Shown here: piece after piece, positions 23,357 to 34,996 of the stretch | Position numbering within the stretch: position 1 is the stretch's first letter | Layout: every line of letters begins with the position of its first letter | NCBI GenBank assembly: GCA_051942205.1 | Contig: JAVECO010000068.1 | Location: 62,001-110,501 of the forward strand | Origin: Coniocarpon cinnabarinum | Lineage: Eukaryota | Direction: 5' to 3' | Length of the DNA stretch: 48,501 nucleotides | Translations under genes and position numbers: made by a program | Notes under the pieces: generated by a model | What the model saw: the letters and a program-made list of their open reading frames with translations, nothing else | Database searches by the model: none | What the model was told of the DNA's origin: nothing

Positions 23357-23751
23357 CGTGGGACGCGTACACCGCCACTGCTGACATGCTCCTCTGCGCA
23401 GACCGCCATTTGCTCTGAGACGCTGCCCTCTCATCTGTCTATCGGGCTATCTGACGTGCTCGGACCACTGCCGAGTTGTTGCGTCTGGAGCGGCAGGGTC
23501 AGTATTGCCTTATGCTTGGATGGGTGCAACACCTAAGTATTAGCGTGGAGATAGGTGCGATAGGCATGGTAAGGTATGTAGTAGGTAGCTGAGGTCCACC
23601 ACCGCAAACCTAAGCCACGGAGCTTCCTCACGCTGCTGGCGTGCCATCTGTCTCCCGACCAGACTTCCTTGAGCGCTTCCGTTTCGCCTTTTTGTGTTGC
23701 TGCAAAGAGCCTCCTTGTGGCTTCACGGACACCGCGCCGGCGACCCTTTCG

Positions 23752-25595
23752 TCATCCCCATTCCATCCCATTCGGGTCAAGCTTCCTCTTCACATAGTCC
23801 TGGAACGACGACCTAGGCCCATGCCGGTCTCCAAACGTCTCTTTCCGCCATTTCTGGAGCCGCTTCTTGTCGAGCTTGCCTTTGTCCTTTTGCTTCCGTT
23901 CCGCGTCACGAAACGCAGCAAGCTTCTTCAGGCCGTGATGCTGATTGAGGTCTCGGTCTTCTGCAAGTAGGATATCGCGCGCGCTGAGCCCGTAGGAGGT
24001 GGGCGAGGTTGCACGATAGCGGAACCCGGCGTTGGGTGCTTGTTTCGATGTGCCATGGGAGAATGCATCGTTGGCCATGTTGGCGTCCACCATTTCTTCA
24101 ATCTTGCGACGCTCTTTACGACGTCGCCGCTTCTGCTCAGCGTGGTTGCCTGCGGGCTTCTCGTTTCGACTTTCTTGCGCTGTTTGGCTAGCGTCTGATT
24201 TGCTCCCATGTTGATGCTCGTGTAGCCCGGCAGGCTCATCTTCAGACAAAGAAAAGTCTGCGGCCTCGTCTTGCTCGAAGTCAGGAACAAGATCTCTAAT
24301 GTCAATGTCATGCGTCCATTGAGGCTTGTCCAAATCCTCTGCTTGCGATGGGGAGCCGTCGACCGCATCATTGGGCTCGAGATTATCTTTTTGGGCATAG
24401 TAAGTGTCCCCAAAGCGGTTTTGAAACTCCGCATCCCATTTGTCACTGTCGAACGCGGCCTCCATGAATTTCGACCATTCATCCATGGGAAGGTCGGCGT
24501 CTCTCATACCTGCAGCTTCCTTGAGCTGTTGTAACTTTTGGTGCGTCTGTTCAACTCGCAGATTGCGCAAACGCGCCCTATCGGCCTCCCGCTCTCTTTT
24601 CTCAGCATCTTTTAGTGATCGCTCTACCTCACGAGCTTTTCGCCGTCCAGTCAGCTCGTTCCTGCGCACAGAAAATTGCTCTGCGGCTTTCCGAGAATGC
24701 GACCTCAACGTCTCATTAGCTCGCTCAGGATCTTCGAAGCGCATATTATAAGCCTCCTCGAACTGGTCGGCTGCATTCTCTTCGTCTTCATCGTCTGACT
24801 CGAAAGGATGAGCTTGGGAAGCATCATTCCGCACCCACGCTCTGGAAGTCATCAGATTCGATAGAAACGCCTCAGGATCTTGATCGGCGTCGGTCGCTGC
24901 AGGGAGGTCGTGCGTGACCGCCGTCCGTTTCGCCGGACGAGACTTAGTACGCAGTAGTTCGTCGTCGGAATCTTCATTGTTCGACTGGTTAGCAGCTTCG
25001 CGGTGCATCTGCTTAAGTAAATCCTCCTTCAAGGCATGTTGCTCTTCGGCGTAGCTGGGCTGTGCATGCGTTGCAGTCTCGCCATGGTGGTCTCTGTTCA
25101 GCAGATTCCTCCGGTGATAGTCCTGCAGGCTGAGAGGTTTCACTGATCGAGCTTCCTCCTGCAGGCCGGACGGGTTCAAAGATTGCTGGTAGAATGTATG
25201 ATCTTTGTCGTAAATCCGCGAATCTTTTTGTCGAATGGCCTGAAGCGTTGCAAATATTTCACCATCAACTTGTTCGGTCGCTAGATCGCCTTCATCCTCG
25301 TCCTCAGATGTGGATTCAGAATCACTGTCTGCTTGCACTTCATGCTGTTTTCGCGTCTTCGATTTGCTGTTCCCGTACTTCTGCTCCACTATGTAAGTCA
25401 GCAATGCATCCGTGGTGCCTTTGACGGAAGTATCATACGTCGGAAGAGCTCGTCGCGCTTGCTGTTGTGTTCAAAGCGTTTGGCGTACTGGGCGTTGATT
25501 TGCAGTTCGTCCTCGGGCTGCGCCGAACCAGCATCATCCTCATCTGCATCCAAAAGCTTCATGCGCTTCGCAGGGCGCACGGAGCTGTCGGCCAT
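23752..25595 (-). CDS. KRI1: Kri1, 40S ribosome biogenesis factor, ~597 aa as written, 2 exons (25595-25439, 25388-23752); the C-terminal tail may extend to 23628
   Basis: LQINAQYAKRFEHNSKRDELFRLEQKYG, acidic SEDEDEGDL, EIFATLQAIRQKDSRIYDK, ADQFEEAYNMRFEDP, and the Kri1_C motif FRYRATSPTSYGLSARDILLAEDRDLNQHHGLKKLAAFR. The 50-nt intron is canonical. Confidence 0.95.
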
Positions 25596-25809
25596 GTCTG
25601 CGCAGAGTTGCAGACTGATTGATTGAAGATCTGTGAGAACATGAAAATTAGCAGCTCGGACCACATCGGCCCGAAGCGCCTGCGCGTGCCGTGGTGTCAT
25701 TCTCGCATGCAGCTCCCATTGAAGAATCATTACCTACCTTACCTTGTCCTCAGACTTGGCTTCACGCTTGAGCACGAGGCTGCACGAAACTGCGCAGCAG
25801 CACGTGTCG
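25596..25809. promoter_or_regulatory. Compact bidirectional promoter region between KRI1 and SIP3/LAM1
   Basis: Only 214 bp separate the two divergent start codons. Inferred from geometry alone. Confidence 0.55.
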
Positions 25810-28800
25810 ATGGCACAAGCGGGTCTGATTCCTGAGATTCCGCAGCTTGTGGCCATCACCAAACCTGTGAGCCTCATGTAAGCGCGCGTCTTTGTGCCTG
25901 CTGCAAGCACCAGCTGACATTCAAATTACAGTCCTGTGGGCGTGAAAGAGGCTGCCCTCGATAGCCCGACCTTCCGTGCCAGCGTTGTGCATTTCTCAGA
26001 CCAGATAGAAGCTGTCGAGCGATGGCTGGAAGGTCTGGCCAGGATCGCCAGCAAATTAGCCCAAGAGTCGTCTACCCTCGAAAGCGTTATTAAGTCTTTC
26101 ACAGCTCAATGCAACAGTCCCTCGTCACTGTCAGAGGCAGTTCTCGATCATGACTACACACTATCTGCGCTCCGAGCGCTGGGTCAGGGTGGCGCACAAG
26201 ATGTGTGGTTGCGATCCATCTCCGGCATGAGAGCCGCTCAAAGCTCCATCGCTGAGCCCATACGTCAATTCATTGGCAATGACATTCGGCCCTTCAAGGT
26301 CAGTACCCATGGCTTGCATAAACCACACAAGCCTTTGTGCTGACTCGCAATCTGCACAGGAAGCGCGACGCACGTTAGATCAGCTGCAGAAAGCCAACGA
26401 CACACTTTTATTAAAGTATGCTGGCCAATCGAAAACGAAGGAGCCTTCGTCGCTGCGAGAGGATGCGTTTCAGCTACATGAAGCTCGAAAAGCTTATCTC
26501 AGAGCCTCGCTTGACATAGCAGTGATCAGTCCCCAGATTCGACTGGCGCTGGACACCCTGCTCGTCAAGGTCTGCAACGAGCAATGGACGCTCATCAACT
26601 ATCCTAAGCAAGACTCCGCCAACTCATATCTTCAATACGACACGGACATGAAACGGATCAAGACATGGGCTGAGGAAGTGAGTGAAGGTGAGAAACCTTT
26701 ACGCAAGGAATTACTTCTTGCCAGACGTGACATCGAAGAGAAGACCGAGGCTTCATTTCGCCCATCGCGCGAGCTTGATGATTACGCTATTCATACCGTG
26801 CCTTACCTAGGCTCCGGACCAACAGCGAAGTCCAGCAGCCAGGACCCGGCTTCTTCTAAGCAGGGATGGCTCTTTCTCCGTACCATTACGGGTAAACCTG
26901 CTCGTACTCACTGGGTCAGACGTTGGTTCTTCGTCAAAAATGGCATTTTTGGATGCTTGATTCACAGCACGCGCACGGGTGGCGTGGAGGAGAGCGAGAA
27001 AATTGGCGTGCTCCTGTGCGGAGTTCGGCCGGCTTTCCAGGAGGAACGTCGTTTCTGCTTCGAGGTCAAGACAAAAGACAGCACAATCTTGCTGCAGGCC
27101 GAAACGCAACCCGAGTTGACCGATTGGATACAGGCTTTTGAAGCCGCCAAGAAGAAAGCTATTGAAGATCCTGAAGCTACCGATATGCTTGCGAGCAGCA
27201 ACAATCCTGCTGCGGACGCAGCTTTTGCTGTAAGTCCAGCAATTGCGCCTGAATTGGCCGCGAAGGGCATTGACGGACAAATTACAACCATTACCGAGGA
27301 TCCTCAAGCCAATTTGCTCGCTGCAGATACAGAAGGGCCACCAACTGTCCAAGTGAGGAACAGTTTCGATGTGAATGCGTCTAGAAGATTAGAGGGTGAC
27401 ATTCAGATCGAGCGTACGCGTGACCACGCTGCAAGAATCCTTGAGAAGCTTGATATCCACAAGAAGTCAACCGCGGGATCACAACTCACGGGTGGCCTCC
27501 AGTCACCAACCACGAGCGCCGGCATGAGCAGTCTCTTAGGCATCGTTGAAGGTGGAACAAGCATGACCCCTAGAGGTACAGGGCACATATTCTATTCGCC
27601 GTCCCTGGCGCCATCAACTTTGGCGACTCCCCCGGTCCAAACTCATCTTAGCAAGACTGCACTAAAGATTGGCGTTGATCGTGGAGTGGATTTGGGTGCT
27701 GTTGATAACGCAGGTGGGGTGCCCAGTGGCCTCATGGCTAATCAGTGGGGCAGTACGCAATATGGATACATCTCGCGGCTGGAACGTGGTGAGGTAGGTA
27801 AAAAACTTCCATCCCAAACCGCCACCCCGACCCGTCGATCTTCAGATCCAACAGACGCTGTCGATTCATTGCAGATGGGACAAGAACATGGTCTCGCACA
27901 CGTGAATTCATCGATAGGAGCGCTATCATCTCAAGCGAACCCAGCAGCAGGTCATCGAAAAACAACCAGCGCAATGTCAAGCAGCGCACAGCGTTCCAAT
28001 TTGGCATTCGTGGACTACCCCGATTTCTACCCTGCTCCTCTTAAACCACACGACGCCCAATTCCGTATGCTTTTCCCGAATGTTCCGCATCACGAGAGAC
28101 TCGTCATGGTTTTTCGTGCAGCTTGGAACCCAGACAGTGGGCATAGTTTGCCCGGTCGAGTCTTTGTCACGCAACGAGAGATGTTCTTCTACAGCCATCA
28201 CATGGGTATGGTGGTAGTCCACGGCGCTAGCCTAGACGGGGTATCAGAAGTGTCTCACGAGAGTGAAGAGGGCCACAACTTTCTGATGCTCCACATGAAA
28301 GACGACGTGCACGCTGGTCAAGATGGAGACATCATGTTGAAAATCTATCTTGACTCCCCTATTTTGTTGCAGCAGAGACTTGAATATCTCATTCAGAGCA
28401 ACGACTCTGAAGAACCAGATGATCTCCAAACAGCACTACAACAACTAGTCAAGATTGAGAGCAATCTTGGAAACGATATCCAACGCAGAGCCCTAGAGAC
28501 CACCCCGATCACCACGCGGCCTGGGCGTCGAATGACTGCTGGCCAAGGAACACGTATAAGGGTCGACCGCGGATTGGGGGGCGATGCAGCTGCGGGGGTG
28601 GATTTCAGTGAGACTACCCGCTTTAAACTCCCAGCAAAGCCCGTCAGCTACATGCCACTGGATGTCAAAATGTGTGCTGCGGAGAAGATCTTCGACTTAA
28701 GTGCGAAAGGGTTGTTACATGTGCTCTTTGGAGACAAAAGTGCGGTGTGCCCCACCATCTACCAACAGCAGGGCTCAGAAGTCATCACTCAACATCCCTG

Positions 28801-30143
28801 GGTCAAGGCGAGCGAGCAGGGCAACTTCAAACGTCAATTTGACTACGAGACAAAATACGTGGACAGCTTTGGTCGAACAAGACTAATCACAGCGACGGAG
28901 TAAGTATCACGATCAATTCTTTTATCCTTGGAGTCGTTTGCGCTGATGTCTTGCTTATAGCCTCCAAAGTATCGATGTTGCCGTGGATCACCTTTGCTAC
29001 ATGGTCACAGATATCAGAGTACCTTGGCATCTTCCACAAGCCCAAGCCTTCTCATTAGTGAGCAAGGTGGTGGTCACACACGAAGCCAAGTCCAAAAGTA
29101 AATTGTGCATATATGTGAAGATCAATTGGACGCAGGACCCCTGGGTCGGTAAAAGCCTCATCGAGCGTCGCGCTATGGACGATATGCAGTCAAACGCTCT
29201 CAACATGATGGACATCGTCACTGAACAGGTGGAAAAGCTGGGTCCAGGATGCTCAACGCGGCGCGTCATGGAAATCTTCGGCAGTATTGGCCAACTCACA
29301 GAGGCTGCCCAAGTGAAGGGACCTGCTTTCATTGGTCATCCGCTGCGTGAAGCAGTGCACAGGAGAACTGTCCTCTCGCTCTATCTGGAGACTTGTAGAT
29401 CGATGGCAGCCAGCATCGCCTCATCCGTCTTGATGCTTCTCGTCGGCACATGTCAATTCCTGATAAAGACGGTCAACGCTCACTCTGTTCTTGTCGTTCT
29501 CCTTTCTGCTAGCCTGGCGTTCAGCTTTCTGAATTTATCGCAGAACGCAAGCATTTGGTGGCATGAACGGCATACCTCGAGGTTTATGGCAGACCTCGGT
29601 GTTGGACCCAATCTTGCCATGAGCAAGTCTATATACCTCGCAGACATACCAGATGGAATTGCCATGCCGGTCTTGCGGGATGGCGAAAGATTTGGACAAT
29701 GCTCACAGGCATTTCAGAGCATTCTAAATCAGACCTCGCTAGACGAGACTACGAAGCGTCTTCCATCTTCACGGCAAAGGTCCGCAGCATCAGCTCAATT
29801 AGTATCGCAACGCCTGCGTCAAGCTCGACAAAGGCTTGGGACCTATCGTCATGATCTCATGGTCGCTTTGCGATTAGTTAACCGTGTTGAACGAGATGCT
29901 GTCCAAGCCGAGTACGAGAGCTGGCTTCTGAGCGAGACCAGAGTGTGTACGCAGATGGAGAAAGTGCTCTCAAACGCCGCGTCGACTGGAAGCGAAAGCA
30001 ATGAGACACTGGCTCCACGAAGGCCCGCGCTGAGATCCACACTAACATCGGACAAGATCGGCCAACTTTCATCCTGGCTTACAAAATATTGTGAGAGCTG
30101 CCGAGTAGAAAGTGATTACTTGCAGCTGGCAAGTCCTGGATGA
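25810..30143 (+). CDS. SIP3: Sip3/Lam1-type membrane-anchored lipid transfer protein (BAR-PH-StARkin/VASt-TM), ~1385 aa, 4 exons (25810-25877, 25932-26298, 26360-28899, 28961-30143)
   Basis: IPVGVKEAALDSPTFRA BAR start, PH domain KQGWLFLR..WVRRWFFVKNGIFG..EERRFCFEVKT, FDLSAKGLLHVLFGDKS VASt start, a late TM segment and RQRLGTYRHDLMVALR. Three canonical introns of 54, 61 and 61 nt. Confidence 0.92.
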
Positions 30144-30187
30144 CACCGAGGTGAACGTGCCACACCCATTTGTCATAGTGCTTGTCA

Positions 30188-31432
30188 TCATAACTTTGAC
30201 GATTTAACGGGATTTATCACAAATCCGAGACGGGGAAAATGCAACCTCACATCTGCAGACTCCACAGGCTTGACTACCACTTCCTCGGGCGATGCGTCTT
30301 CGAGAAAACCTCTGGTGGGATCATTCTGTCCTGTATCATCGGGTGCAATGGTCACTTCCGCGCCACGGCGGAGACCAAGCCTGACATCGAGTGCCTCAAG
30401 CGGCACAGCAGGGGTCGAGAGAAGGGTGCTTTCGGTCGCAAGTGACGAAATTTGCAGATGCTGTCGTATAACCTTTTCGGCATTTTCCGCGACCCGAGTC
30501 TCAGTCGATGGTAGGTTGTTGATGTATTGCCAAAATCTGTGGAACCATGTCCAGATAATTGGATACCGTTGACCGTTGAACACTGATCCAATGACATCTT
30601 CATTGGTGTCAGCGGCGTCGCCCGCGGTTAAATTGCTAATGCCATTTCCAGCAGAGAAAGTGCGTGCCCAATCAAGCTGGTAATACAGTGAGATGTCTGC
30701 AAGTGACGGCGTCTCAGTCTGGAAAAGCCATCCTCCGCTGGCAAGCTGCGGCTCAATCAAAGACAAATGAAGGTCTAGATGAGCGAGGTTACGCGGTATC
30801 TTGGCCTCGAGCTTGTCAGGATCAAGCGGGTGTCCTATTAGGCCTGCTCGATCTTGACCAAACCGTGTGCGCCACACAACGCTAGGAAGCAGACCCGTAG
30901 CAACACGAAACAACGGTCTCTGCCGTCGATGCGTGAGCCAGAGCGCAACGGTCTCCATGTTGTGGACTTACATCTGTCCAGTACGATTGGAAGCCTCTAA
31001 TAATGGCCCTGTTGTCACGGCCGTCTGCCGCTCTCGGATATAAGCTCCGCTGTGTATCAGGGAAAGCTTGTTCCAGAGCTTCCAGGATGATCGAGGTATC
31101 ACAGTATACGTCCTTCCCAATTGCGAGCACGGGAATCTTGCGATACGTGAGATGGAAGTAGTCTCGTAACACCGGGCGAGGCATCATCGACGGAACAATG
31201 ATGAATGCTAGACAGACATGAGCTCGGCCTCGGTGTACCAACCGCAAACTCCACGACTACGGTACGCCATACTGTATGGTATTTGCTTGAGTCTCAAAGC
31301 CCACCGAACCTTCTGTGTGAAGGCTGAAGCTACACATCAAATGTAAGCCCGCCTTTCTGAAATTCGAAATCCTTATCGCCAGTACACACAGTCGTATCCG
31401 AAGAGCAGCACGGGGCCTTGCGCAACCGCCAT
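30188..31432 (-). CDS. Glutathione S-transferase-like protein, ~355 aa, 4 exons (31432-31390, 31329-31273, 31207-30972, 30919-30188)
   Basis: Spliced N-terminus VLLFGYDSSAFTQKVRWALRLKQIPY..PSMMPRP..YRKIPVLAIGKDVYCDTSIILEALE (GST-N fold with IP and DT motifs), PSLADISLY, and C-terminal RLHFPRLGF. Confidence 0.9.
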
Positions 31433-31778
31433 TGCGGAGCAGAAAAAAGCAGCGTCGCGATTCAACAAGAGATATTCTGGATTGCATGCAGTTTCCACAC
31501 CTGGACTTCAACGCAATATCCTATGTGATGGTCAGCCTCATGAGACGACTGTGTATACATAATTGTGTGCTATGAGCTTTAAGTTTCCGGACCCCACCAG
31601 GCCGCCTTGCTGCGACCCACCGACGATCTGGGCCTAGCGTCTCTGGCTATATTTGTACAATGACGTTGACAAAGGATGCTCTCGTTTCCTTGATTTGCGA
31701 TGCGTTTCTGACTTCTGCTTCTGTGTCGCAAAGCAACTGCCTCTATCAATTTGCGACTGACCCTATTGCCCTGCAGTC

Positions 31779-33006
31779 ATGCCTCCGCCATTTGTGGCCG
31801 CACTTTCATCGGTGAAGACAGTCCAAGACTGCGCTAGCTATGACTTGGTCGTCAAACAGCATCTGCCGCAGCTGGAGACCTTCATCCCAAGACTACTCCA
31901 GGCAGCAATGAGTATTGATGACCTGAAAAGCTTTTATACCTCCACAAATCCACTGGTGACCGCATTCGCGTTCTCGCTCGCCTTGTCGCCGGTGTTTTTG
32001 ATGGTGTCTGAGCTTAACAAAAACTACTCCCAGGTAGACCGCTGTTGGAGTCTTCTGCCTACCGTATATGCCCTGCACTACGCTATTTGGGCTCAATCGG
32101 CCGGTCTACCAGCACAAAGAGTCACACTCGCGGCAGCTGTATCGTGCGTGTGGAGTGTACGTGCAGGACGTCGATGTGCCCTCATTAGCGCTAAAAGTTT
32201 ATAGGCCCGACTGACTTTCAATTACTGGCGACGTGGCGGTTACCAAGTTGGATCCGAAGACTACAGGTGGAATATCATCAAAGATAATATCCCTGGATGG
32301 GCATTTTTCTTGCTCAATGTGACTTTTATTTCCACTATGCAGAGTGTAAGTTATCCCCGATGCTGGCGAAAAGTTGTCTAGACTCAAAAGCTTGCAGGTC
32401 CTGCTTATGCTCGTCCAAAGTCCAACATACGTTCTGATGAATACCTCACGGGTGACCGGTGACAAACTCAACACCTCTGATTTTGTATTTGCAGGCATGA
32501 TGCTTGCAGCAGTCGCAACCTCAGCTGTAGCAGATCAGCAGCAGTGGAGTACTTTTAAGCAATATCCTGGCTAACAAGCTGTAAGCTAACCTTTCACAGA
32601 CTACCAGACTGCGAAATATTATTACAAAGAAACTGGGAAGGTTACGGGGGGTTGGACGAAACAAGATCTTGAACGCGGATTCCGTGCTAAGGGTCTCTGG
32701 GCGTACTCTCGCCACCCTAACTTCGCGGCTGAGCAAGCAGTGTGGATCACCCTGTTTCAATGGAGTTGTTGGGAGACCTACACCTTCTACAACTGGGCCG
32801 GATTGGGACTTCTGTTCTATCTCGGCGTTTTCCAGGGCTCGACGCCAATTACCGAGTGGATCACGGCAAAGAAGTACCCACTGTTCAGGGAATACAAGAA
32901 ACGCGTGAGTATGTTTCTGCCCAAGCCCACCACCTTTTTCACTGGGCCATTGCCAGAAACTGAGGACAAGAGGAGTGTGGTCAATGGCAAGTCCAAGGCC
33001 GGGTAG
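31779..33006 (+). CDS. DUF1295 (steroid 5-alpha-reductase/ICMT superfamily) membrane protein, ~358 aa, 4 exons (31779-32156, 32205-32345, 32398-32548, 32600-33006)
   Basis: NYSQVDRCWSLLP, WSARLTFNYWRRGGY..GSEDYRW, ADQQQW, GLWAYSRHPNFAAEQ, GSTPITEWITAKKYPLFREYKKRV. Three canonical introns. Confidence 0.9.
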
Positions 33007-33329
33007 ATACCTACCCTACATGTAGCAGGTAGATATTCCGAAAGCGAACGGAATGCCATGATTTAATGCGACGCACCTTGCACGTGATTGCCCGGAACCC
33101 TGTCTAAAGACTCTCTTGGCGGCAAGACCACCGCAACGCCTGAAAGCGCTGTCAAGGTCAAGTCGCATTACGCTGTCGTGCCTCGCACCCGGGGTCTTGA
33201 ATTGGTCTCTGCTCACGGACTATTTTACGAAAGCTCCGCAACAAGTCAAGCCCCACTGTCTCCAAATTTGCGGCATTTGCATGCGGAAGGGCACATAATT
33301 TTTGCTTTGCGTGATAGCAGTTGCTGACA

Positions 33330-34327
33330 ATGTGGATTATTGATGTATTTGATACACTCACTGCAGCGACTTGTCTACTGTACTGACGCTTTGCTTCTAG
33401 TGGTTGTATGTGATTAAGAATCCCCTCCGATGGCAATGACCATCCTGAACATCCAATTCGCACGCAAAAGCTGACCGATCGACTCTGCCACCAGCTGGGA
33501 CACCCTTGCCCAACTCGGGCTACTGAACAAACATGCAAAGATTCTTTTCCTGGGACTTGATAATGCCGGCAAAACTACGCTGCTGCACATGCTAAAGAAC
33601 GACCGGGTAGCCATCCTACAGCCTACGCAGCATCCAAGTGCGTTCATCTCTCTTGCCAGGTCAATCTAGGCAGCCAAGGAGCTCAGAATTCCTCCATCGA
33701 CCTGGACCTACGAAGGGGCGCTTTTAGACTGATGACGTGTGCGCAGCGAGTGAAGAACTGTCCATCGGCAACGTTCGGTTTAATACCTTCGACTTGGGCG
33801 GACATTATCAAGGTATTATTGTTTACACCACACCAGATACCCTTGTCTGAAGCTGACATCTCCACAGCACGCCGCATATGGCGCAACGTAAGTCGTCAAC
33901 GACATACACGCTCTTCTTAACTTACAATTGTTATAGTACTATCCAGACGTGAATGGCATTGTGTACCTTGTTGATGCTGCTGAACCCATCCCTGACCGCA
34001 TGATCGAATCAAAAGAGGCCCTCGATGAATTGCTTGGTCTTGAGGAACTCAACAAGATTCCCTTCTTGATACTAGGCAACAAGATCGACGATCCCAAGGC
34101 CAGATCAGAACCCCAACTGAGAGAAGAGCTGGGGATCTTCCAGACCACGGGTAAAGGCAAAAGCCCTGTCATGGAGGGCGTGAGACCTATAGAGGTATAT
34201 CCGAACCCCCTTTCTTTAGTTGTCGGACTGTGATGTAGCTGCTGACAACTGGCAGGTCTTTATGTGCAGTGTTGTTATGAGACAAGGGTACAAGGAGGGC
34301 TTCCAATGGCTCGCGCAATACGTCTAG
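33330..34327 (+). CDS. SAR1: COPII small GTPase Sar1, 192 aa, 7 exons (33330-33344, 33401-33405, 33495-33637, 33747-33812, 33868-33887, 33937-34194, 34256-34327)
   Basis: [81 protein letters not shown]. All six introns are GT-AG. Confidence 0.97.
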
Positions 34328-34954
34328 CGTCTAGCATTGGCTTCGAATACGCTATGCTGCTTCTCCATTCCCGTGGCTTCAACGTTGGAGGGCACATAGA
34401 ATCCGATACGTCACTCACGTCACCGCAGCACGATCGTGCTGCAGAATTCTGCTGCAAGATATGTTGCTGTGACATGATGTGGTCGTGAATACTCGCGTTC
34501 TCATCTAGAGCGCGATGTACTATTTAGCGGGAATGGATCAGTATCACTAGAGACTTCTGCTTTAAACCGACTAAGGAGACATCATCGTGAACTTTGTAGT
34601 CCCAATCAGACATGGTCCCCGGAATGTTCCACCTTTTGCTACTTCCCAAAACCATAGGAAAATGGGAAGACAGGGCAGTCCAGCTTTTTGATGGTCATGA
34701 GTCAAGTATTGGCAATTTCAATTGGTTTCGGTTGCCATTGACAGGAGCAATGAAGGAGTGAGTGCATGCGCAATCGAGGCATTATTAATTCAACCCACGT
34801 ATCCACGCAATTACTACCACGTTCATCATGGCTTCTTTAGGTAAGGGTCGTTACAGATGAACAGTCTCGACAGATACGAGTCCAGAGTTACTAATTTCAT
34901 GCTTGAGCAGTGCCATATTTCGATCAAACAACGTAAAGCTTCGGCATGGGCTGC

Positions 34955-34955
<1 letters not shown>

Positions 34956-34996
<41 letters not shown>
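34956..34996 (+). repeat. (AGT)13 microsatellite
   Basis: Read directly from the sequence. Confidence 0.95.

Noticed and set aside
21190..23536. Numerous 60-200 aa ORFs on both strands
   Set aside because: Arg/Ala/Ser-rich translations expected by chance in GC-rich non-coding DNA; no motifs.
33661..33727. Possible duplicated alternative exon inside SAR1 intron 3 (AKELRI versus SEELSI)
   Set aside because: The similarity is too short and there is no following donor site.
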